Shown: positions 58,028 through 64,000 of the stretch, piece by piece
Layout: every line of letters starts with the position of its first letter
Numbering within the stretch: the stretch's first letter is position 1
DNA from: Flavobacteriales bacterium
GTDB lineage: Bacteria; Bacteroidota; Bacteroidia; Flavobacteriales_D; Crocinitomicaceae
Direction: 5' to 3'
Length of the DNA stretch: 64,000 nt
Assembly (NCBI GenBank): GCA_947449575.1
Contig: CANFRV010000001.1
Coordinates: 89,121 to 153,120 of the forward strand
The notes under the pieces: model-generated
Seen by the model: only the letters and a program-made list of their open reading frames with translations
What the model was told of the DNA's origin: nothing
Databases searched by the model: none
Program-made: the position numbers and the translations under genes

Positions 58028-58969
58028 ATGAAAGTAACTGTTGTAGGAGCTGGAAACGTAGGAGCAACTTGTGCTGACGTATTAGCGAAAAGAGAGATTG
58101 CAAACGAAATCGTTTTGCTTGACATTAAAGAAGGTTTTGCAGAAGGAAAAGCATTAGATATTTGGCAGACTTCTCCAATTAATCTATATGATTCAAGAAC
58201 TGTTGGTTCTACAAATGATTATTCAAAAACAGCTGATTCTGACGTTGTTGTTATTACTTCTGGTTTGCCACGTAAGCCAGGGATGTCTCGTGATGATTTG
58301 ATCGCTACCAATGCAGGTATTGTGAAATCTGTTACAGAAAATATAGTGAAATATTCTCCAAATGCTAAAATAATCATTGTTTCTAATCCTTTAGATGTGA
58401 TGACATATTGTGCTTTTTTAGCTGCTAAAGTTAAACCAACCCATTTATTTGGAATGGCAGGAGTTTTAGATACTGCAAGATATCGCGCATTTCTTGCTGA
58501 AGAATTAAATGTTTCTCCAAAAGATATTCAAGCGGTATTAATGGGTGGACATGGTGATACAATGGTTCCACTTCCTCGTTATACAACAGTGGGTGGTATT
58601 CCAGTTACTGAATTAATTTCTACTGAAAAATTGGACGAAATCATCGAGCGTACGAAGTTTGGTGGTGGTGAAATCGTTAAATTATTAGGAACTTCAGCTT
58701 GGTATGCTCCGGGAGCTGCTGCTGCTCAAATGGTGGAAGCTATTGTTCGTGATCAAAAACGTATTTTCCCAGTTTGTGCTTGGTTAACAGGTGAATATGG
58801 TCTAAAAGATATCTATTTAGGAGTTCCTGTGGTTCTGGGTAAAAACGGAATCGAAAGAATTATTGAATTAGATTTAAATGCAGATGAGAAAGCGCTTTTA
58901 GCTGAATCAGCAATTGCAGTGAAAGATGTAATGAATGTTTTAGATGAAATGAATGCTCAAAACGCATAA
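58028..58969 (+). CDS. mdh: Malate dehydrogenase (LDH-like type)
   Basis: MKVTVVGAGNVGATCA Rossmann start, GLPRKPGMSRDDL, and the catalytic GGHGDTMVPL. Confidence 0.92.
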   Translation: MKVTVVGAGNVGATCADVLAKREIANEIVLLDIKEGFAEGKALDIWQTSPINLYDSRTVGSTNDYSKTADSDVVVITSGLPRKPGMSRDDLIATNAGIVKSVTENIVKYSPNAKIIIVSNPLDVMTYCAFLAAKVKPTHLFGMAGVLDTARYRAFLAEELNVSPKDIQAVLMGGHGDTMVPLPRYTTVGGIPVTELISTEKLDEIIERTKFGGGEIVKLLGTSAWYAPGAAAAQMVEAIVRDQKRIFPVCAWLTGEYGLKDIYLGVPVVLGKNGIERIIELDLNADEKALLAESAIAVKDVMNVLDEMNAQNA

Positions 58970-58993
58970 TTTTATTGAATGATAGATTGAAAT

Positions 58994-59016
58994 GGGACTT
59001 CGGTCCCTTTTTTTTT
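58994..59016 (+). terminator. Intrinsic terminator of mdh
   Basis: GGGAC-TTCG-GTCCC followed by T9. Confidence 0.75.
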
Positions 59017-59042
59017 GATTAAATTTTCAGACTAAATCAACC

Positions 59043-59130
59043 ATTCAACATCAATAATTCAACATCAAAAATCAATCATCAAAAATTCAACATCAAAAAT
59101 TCAACATTAAAAATTCAACCATTCAATCAA
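59043..59130. repeat. About six degenerate tandem copies of a 14-bp unit (ATTCAACATCAAAA)
   Basis: Units read directly: ATTCAACATCAATA / ATTCAACATCAAAA / ATCAATCATCAAAA / ATTCAACATCAAAA / ATTCAACATTAAAA / ATTCAACCATTCAATCAA. They lie in a convergent intergenic region and run into the stop of the 59127 gene. Confidence 0.75.
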
Positions 59131-60536
59131 TAAGCCCCAATATTAGAAGAAGTAACTCCTTCAATATTCAAACCACTCATTGTTGGAAACAAGATATTGT
59201 TCGCAGTCCCAGTCATGGGAGAAGTGCTGTATATCTTAAAATTATTTAAAGAAATATCTACAAATTGAGGGTCAATGTTCCAGATATTTCCTGCTATATA
59301 AAATGGATCCGTGCCGATTGTTTCTTTTTTAATCAAGCAATTTTGAATTTTAAAATCGAGAGTGACTCCTGCAGTGTTACCGATAGTGTCAAAACCAATT
59401 TCAGACGCTAATTGCCCGTAAATAGCACAATTACTTAGAACTCCTTCATGAATGGAGCCGATGTTAGTGACGCCATTAATATCAAAATGGTTGGTTATTC
59501 CTACCGCCTGATTTTGTGAATCTGAATTATATCCTACAAGATCACAATGATTAAAATTGAAATCACCACTTAATAATACTAAAAGTCCAAAAGCACCATT
59601 TTTACTAATAACACAGTTGTCAGCTTTAACTCGTGCACCAGAATAGATAAGAATTCCATTGTTGGCATTATTCGTTACTTTCGTATTCGTTACTGTTAAT
59701 GTGTAATCTGTGGAAAGATTCGAAGCATGATGATCAAACAGATGAATACCCGTAGTTCCATTCTTAATGATAGCATAATTGATGGTTGACGGTCGAGCAG
59801 AATCAAAGTAAATCCCATAATATTGACCTGAAACGTCATCGTAATCAGCTTCTAATCGATCACCTTGAACCGTTACTTCATTATTTAATGCTCCATTAAT
59901 ATTTACAGTTCCCTTATAAACATACAGTAAGGCATTCTTATGCAAGTAAATATCTGTTCCTGCTTGAATGTTTAACGTTTTGTCTTCATCCACAAAAGCA
60001 GCACCATAGATCAGATGTGGTTTATCGTTGGGCCACGTTCCTTCATTGAGGTCTAATACATTTGGGCCAGCTCCTAAATGGGAATAATGATAGTACATAT
60101 CTTGTCCCCAAACAGCTAATTGAACATATTGATCCACTCCATTGGTTCTGAAACGAATAGAATCTTGAATAACCATTGGGTTTACGGAGGCATTGATATC
60201 TAGGGTAACTTCCACAAAGGCAAATAAACTATCCTTTCCTTCTAATTGAATCTGTGAGAATTTTTTCCCTGATGCACCGTCTAAATTCATCCGAAATGGT
60301 GAATTTTCGCCTCCCATTAATTCGATTTCTTCAATGGTTACGGTCTTATTTTCTGTATTATATATTTTGAACTGTCTTGTGGTGGAGCCAATGGTTGTGA
60401 AAACGGTATCGAAAACAATCGTATCCGCTGAAAATGAAAGATTTCCTTTAGAAAAACCAGTAATTTTCTTGCACCCAGAATTAAATAGTATGATTGAAAC
60501 TGCTGTAAAATAAAGGATAAAAGAATATTTTCTCAC
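59127..60536 (-). CDS. Right-handed parallel beta-helix repeat lipoprotein
   Basis: Lipobox ILFNSGC|KK. Repeated N/G/T-rich ~22-aa turns (NNANNGILIYSGARV, ISKNGAFGLLV, ...). Confidence 0.68.
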   Translation of the reverse strand: MRKYSFILYFTAVSIILFNSGCKKITGFSKGNLSFSADTIVFDTVFTTIGSTTRQFKIYNTENKTVTIEEIELMGGENSPFRMNLDGASGKKFSQIQLEGKDSLFAFVEVTLDINASVNPMVIQDSIRFRTNGVDQYVQLAVWGQDMYYHYSHLGAGPNVLDLNEGTWPNDKPHLIYGAAFVDEDKTLNIQAGTDIYLHKNALLYVYKGTVNINGALNNEVTVQGDRLEADYDDVSGQYYGIYFDSARPSTINYAIIKNGTTGIHLFDHHASNLSTDYTLTVTNTKVTNNANNGILIYSGARVKADNCVISKNGAFGLLVLLSGDFNFNHCDLVGYNSDSQNQAVGITNHFDINGVTNIGSIHEGVLSNCAIYGQLASEIGFDTIGNTAGVTLDFKIQNCLIKKETIGTDPFYIAGNIWNIDPQFVDISLNNFKIYSTSPMTGTANNILFPTMSGLNIEGVTSSNIGAY

Positions 60537-60649
60537 TTTTCTTGAATATAATTGACCCTAAAATTAACGTAATCTACTGAAAGATTATTTTAATTTGAAA
60601 AAAAAAAGTTTAATTTCCTGAAAAGTGATGTAAATTAAAAAACTTTACT

Positions 60650-60657
60650 TAAATTTG
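60650..60657 (+). promoter_or_regulatory. Candidate -7 promoter box (TAAATTTG) for the L31 gene
   Basis: Exact TAnnTTTG match 43 nt upstream of the ATG at 60700. Confidence 0.4.
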
Positions 60658-60699
60658 CACTCCTTAAAAGGAAATATAAAAGCATATAATATTATTAAA

Positions 60700-60957
60700 A
60701 TGAGAAAAGATATACACCCACAAGATTATAGATTGGTAGTATTTAAAGACATGTCAAATGACTATTCTTTCGTTTGTCCATCTTGCGCAACAACTAGCGA
60801 AACTATTAAATGGGAGGATGGTGTAGAATATCCATTATTTAAATTGGATATATCACACAAATCTCACCCTTTCTTTACAGGAATTGTACAATTTGTGGAT
60901 ACTGCAGGTCGTATTGATAAATTCCAAAACCGTTACTCGAAAACAATTAAAAAATAA
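60700..60957 (+). CDS. rpmE2: 50S ribosomal protein L31, type B
   Basis: MRKDIHPQDY ... SHKSHPFFTG ... VDTAGRIDKFQNRY. Only one CxxC pair (CPSC). Confidence 0.85.
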   Translation: MRKDIHPQDYRLVVFKDMSNDYSFVCPSCATTSETIKWEDGVEYPLFKLDISHKSHPFFTGIVQFVDTAGRIDKFQNRYSKTIKK

Positions 60958-60976
60958 TTTTTTTCAAAAAAATACG

Positions 60977-61003
60977 AAGCCTCCAATTTGGGGGCTTTTT
61001 TTT
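60977..61003 (+). terminator. Intrinsic terminator of the L31 gene
   Basis: AAGCCTCC-AATTT-GGGGGCTT (one G-U pair) followed by a T-run. Confidence 0.65.
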
Positions 61004-61048
61004 GGCTTAGATGTTGCTCTGCAACGTCTAAAAATAATATTTTTTAAT

Positions 61049-61056
61049 TACTTTTG
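61049..61056 (+). promoter_or_regulatory. Candidate -7 promoter box (TACTTTTG) abutting the WG-repeat gene start
   Basis: Exact TAnnTTTG match ending 3 nt before the ATG at 61060. Confidence 0.35.
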
Positions 61057-61059
61057 CAC

Positions 61060-63180
61060 ATGTTTATTTCAACTAAAAGAGCGGTATTTTTAGCGTCATT
61101 TTTCCTGTTTATTTTTTCTGCCTCTGCGGAGAAAATAGAAAAAGGGTATGAGGCACTAAAAGTCTACAATTACTTTGAAGCGAAACGAATATTTATAAAA
61201 ACCATAAAAAAAGATTCATCTGCTTCTGCTTTTGGATTAGCAACGATCTATTTTAGAAATGATAATCCTTTTCATTCTTTGGATTCAGCGTATAAATATG
61301 TGCTTATTTCCGAAAGAAATTTTAACTTAATTACTGCGGAGCAAAAAGCTAAACTACTGCCTTTTGGATTTGATTATTTAAGAATTATCGAACTGAGAGC
61401 AAAGGTAAGTTCAGCGTATTATCAAGTGGCGACTAAAATAAATACGATCGTTGGGTATAATGAATTTATTACCAGAAATTATTGGTCACAAGAAAGATTT
61501 CATGCGATCTATAAGCGTGATTCTTTGGCGTTCGAAATAGCGGTAAAAATCAATTCCACAATTGGTTTTCAATCTTTTATGAATATATATCCGACCAGTG
61601 ACTTTACAAAAGTGGCTCAAAAAGAATTTGAATTATGCCAGTTTAAAGAAGCTACTCAATCTGGGACATTGACTTCTTACCTTACATTTTGCAGAACCTT
61701 TCCAAGAAACAGACATGTGAAAGCGGCTGAAGACAGAATATATGAAATTTCAGTGAAGAGTAATAAAATTGAAGATTACTACAGTTTTATAAAAAATCAG
61801 CCACTGAACCGCAACGTAGAAGAGGCTTGGAGAAAAGTCTATCAACTTTTTATGGTGGATTATGCTGAAGATCGAATACAAGAGTTTCAGAAGAAATATC
61901 CTACGTATCCTTTTCAATCGGAATTGGAAAAAGACATACAATTTTCAAAACGTCAATTAGTGCCACAAAAACAGGGTTCTTTATTTGGTTTCATGAATTA
62001 TGAAGGAGAAACGATTATAGATCCGTTGTACGAATACGTTGGTTTTTTCCATGATGGATTAGCAATGGCTGTGAAAAAAGGGAAATTTGGATATATTGAC
62101 AAAGGAAACAATATTGTTGTTGATTTTATATATGATGCCGGACTTGATTTTGAAGAAGGAAGAGCAATCGTTGGATTGAACGATAAATTAGGTGTGATTG
62201 ATCGATCTGGAAGAATTATTATGCCAATCACTTACAAAGATCTTGGAGCTTTCTCTGAGGGATTGATTTACGGTAAGTTAGATAGTTTGTACGGATATTA
62301 TGATAATTCAGGTTTTCTTCGAATTGATGAAAAATATGTAGAGGCTTTTTCCTTTACAAAAGGCTTGGCAAAAGTCATTTTAGGGAAAAATCAATCATTT
62401 ATTGATCCATATGGAAGTATAATTGTTCCAACAAATTATGAATCTATTCATTTTTTTAATGATTCATTATTGGTTTTTGAAACGAATGGAAAATATGGGA
62501 TTTGCAGAAAAAACGGACAAATTATTGATTCAGCGAAGTATGATTTGATAGGACCTTTGACTTTTGATCGTGCGCTTGTTTCAAAAAAAGGAAAAATTGG
62601 ATATCTCAATGGTTCGGGAAGATTGACGTTGGATTTGAAATTTGAGGAATTTCCAAATTTTATAGAAAATGGACAATTTAATGATAATTATGCAGTTGTT
62701 AAATTGAAAGGGAAATTTGGTATTATTGACAAACTTGGGAAAGTGATTATTCCTGCAACGTATTCAAATATGGGAAAAAGTAGTCCATTAATTGCTTTTA
62801 AGAAAGGTAAAATGTGGGGATTCATTAATAGAGCAAATACAGTTTTAATAGCGCCGCAATATGATTATGCAGAAAGTTTTGACCAAGGATATGCTTTTGT
62901 TGCAAACCAAGATCTTTCTGGAATAATAGATGCAAAAGGAAAAGTAACGGTTCCTATTTCATTTAAAGAAATCGATCGTCTAGATGTCAATAGGGTAATC
63001 GTTTCTACGGATTCTCTTTTTGGTGTATATTCGCTGTCTGGCGAAATAATTGTTCCGGTCGAATATGATCAAGTTCGGATATTAGATAAAGATTTCTTAA
63101 TTTTAACAAAGTCAGGCGAGGTTCATTATTTGTATTTACCTCAAAATAGAATTATAAAACCAAAGGATAAGAATGAATAA
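61060..63180 (+). CDS. WG-repeat (KWG-type) protein with N-terminal helical-repeat region, exported
   Basis: Signal peptide. More than 10 repeats of the G(K/L)xG(Y/V/I)ID..G..(I/V).P..Y type (GKFGYIDKGNNIVVDFIYD, DKLGVIDRSGRIIMPITYKD, GKFGIIDKLGKVIIPATYS). Confidence 0.8.
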   Translation: MFISTKRAVFLASFFLFIFSASAEKIEKGYEALKVYNYFEAKRIFIKTIKKDSSASAFGLATIYFRNDNPFHSLDSAYKYVLISERNFNLITAEQKAKLLPFGFDYLRIIELRAKVSSAYYQVATKINTIVGYNEFITRNYWSQERFHAIYKRDSLAFEIAVKINSTIGFQSFMNIYPTSDFTKVAQKEFELCQFKEATQSGTLTSYLTFCRTFPRNRHVKAAEDRIYEISVKSNKIEDYYSFIKNQPLNRNVEEAWRKVYQLFMVDYAEDRIQEFQKKYPTYPFQSELEKDIQFSKRQLVPQKQGSLFGFMNYEGETIIDPLYEYVGFFHDGLAMAVKKGKFGYIDKGNNIVVDFIYDAGLDFEEGRAIVGLNDKLGVIDRSGRIIMPITYKDLGAFSEGLIYGKLDSLYGYYDNSGFLRIDEKYVEAFSFTKGLAKVILGKNQSFIDPYGSIIVPTNYESIHFFNDSLLVFETNGKYGICRKNGQIIDSAKYDLIGPLTFDRALVSKKGKIGYLNGSGRLTLDLKFEEFPNFIENGQFNDNYAVVKLKGKFGIIDKLGKVIIPATYSNMGKSSPLIAFKKGKMWGFINRANTVLIAPQYDYAESFDQGYAFVANQDLSGIIDAKGKVTVPISFKEIDRLDVNRVIVSTDSLFGVYSLSGEIIVPVEYDQVRILDKDFLILTKSGEVHYLYLPQNRIIKPKDKNE

Positions 63181-63949
63181 ATTTTTAGATAGATATAAAT
63201 TTAGTATAGTTTCCGTCTTATTGGCTTATACTGGAATGTATATGTATTTACAATTAACGGAGATTCCTGAATATACCGAAATCATTAGCCTGCGAGAAAA
63301 AATTCAGTTAGAACAACCCGTTGAAGAGATTGAATTAACAAATGAAAATATTGAGATTACTCCACAATTTGAGACTGGGAAGGTTGTCAATAGTGCTCGT
63401 GATATGAATGATACGCGAGAAAGATCATCAGAAGATTACAGTGCTACCAAGGAGACTTCGGATGGTGAAAAGTCAGCGCGTGAAACTGAACAAAGGTACA
63501 AAGATGAGGCTCGGAATAGTAGCTATAACAAAGAGGTTGATAAATTAATTGAGGAAAGAAATAAAAAGAAAGATCAGCAAAAAGATAAGTCAAAAACTAC
63601 TACGAATCCAGAAAACAGTTCGAATTCTGGAGGTAAATTTGCCCCGAAGGGGAATGTGATGGTGGAATGGAGTTTAAGTAAACGTTCTCCGCATCAAAAT
63701 AATGAATGGTATGTGCGAAATCCAGGCTATACATGTGGATCAGGCTCTTCTGGGAGGGTTGTGATTGATATTACGGTTGCTCAGGATGGAAAGGTCGTTT
63801 CAGCAATATATAATTCGTCAGCAAGCAGTGCCGCTAATTCATGCATGCAAGAGCAAGCTTTAAAGTATGCTAAGATGTCTCGGTTTGATTATTCTGCTGC
63901 TGCAACGAGTCAAAAAGGAAAGATTTATTACACGTTCGTATCTCAATAA
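63173..63949 (+). CDS. Membrane-anchored protein with charged linker and TonB-C-like terminal domain
   Basis: N-terminal TM (FSIVSVLLAYTGMYMYL), a K/E/D/S-rich linker, and C-terminal GRVVIDITVAQDGKVVSA...ALKYAKMSRFDY resembling the TonB C-terminal fold pattern. 8-nt overlap with the WG-repeat gene. Confidence 0.5.
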   Translation: MNKFLDRYKFSIVSVLLAYTGMYMYLQLTEIPEYTEIISLREKIQLEQPVEEIELTNENIEITPQFETGKVVNSARDMNDTRERSSEDYSATKETSDGEKSARETEQRYKDEARNSSYNKEVDKLIEERNKKKDQQKDKSKTTTNPENSSNSGGKFAPKGNVMVEWSLSKRSPHQNNEWYVRNPGYTCGSGSSGRVVIDITVAQDGKVVSAIYNSSASSAANSCMQEQALKYAKMSRFDYSAAATSQKGKIYYTFVSQ

Positions 63950-63962
63950 AAATTAAATTGAA

Positions 63963-64000
63963 TGAGTAGTCATGAAAAAATAAAAGCCATCGTTTTTGGT
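63963..64000 (+). CDS. Start of an unidentified CDS (truncated by the window end)
   Basis: ATG followed by an open frame (MSSHEKIKAIVFG). Too short to classify. Confidence 0.3.

Noticed and set aside
60884-61093. 69-aa ORF spanning the L31 3' end, its terminator and the next promoter
   Set aside because: It crosses an intrinsic terminator and a promoter box, so it is implausible as a gene.
1-64000. Scan for CRISPR arrays, integrases/transposases, prophage genes, restriction-modification or toxin-antitoxin pairs
   Set aside because: No direct-repeat/spacer arrays, no recombinase- or transposase-like ORFs, no methyltransferase-nuclease pairs and no small two-gene TA-like cassettes were seen. 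The window looks like core chromosome, with at most small accessory patches.

Overview
The window reads as a low-GC Bacteroidota chromosome segment, probably Flavobacteriia-like. That placement is an inference from T9SS C-terminal sorting domains, TAnnTTTG -7 promoter boxes, absent Shine-Dalgarno sequences, and the gene orders mutL-rhomboid-rhomboid-EEP and bamD-rpoZ-coaBC-DUF4835-recN. About 92% is coding, with roughly 58 CDS and one tRNA-Lys(UUU). I found no rRNA, CRISPR array, integrase, transposase or phage genes.

Main content, in order:
- The distal half of the NDH-1 operon (nuoH' I J K L M N).
- A housekeeping block: GATase, TsaC-like, EEP, two rhomboids, mutL.
- A DUF2130-like coiled-coil/nuclease-like gene, a GH3 + beta-lactamase-fold fusion, bshA, thiolase, aroK.
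- M61 and M1 peptidases, proC, a dihydroorotase-like protein lacking the HxH metal ligands, and a BatA-N-domain protein.
- A small possibly accessory patch: YcxB-like, GIY-YIG-like and a TPP-dependent 2-keto-acid decarboxylase.
- Thioredoxin-like protein and tryptophan 2,3-dioxygenase.
- A long envelope-themed + strand run: GH23-like membrane protein, LysM protein, T9SS-secreted cutinase/PETase-like hydrolase, L,D-transpeptidase, four unknown exported proteins, BamD.
- rpoZ, coaBC, DUF4835, recN, GSCFA, an ECF sigma with a membrane PKD protein, mdh, a beta-helix lipoprotein, L31 type B, a WG-repeat protein and a TonB-C-like protein.

The best candidate for an undescribed system is the translationally coupled four-gene operon at 45902-50016, possibly co-transcribed with the L,D-transpeptidase at 44524. 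All four products are exported and none has a recognisable catalytic motif.

All family calls come from motif recognition by eye. No database search was run, so family names should be confirmed with HMM or BLAST searches.
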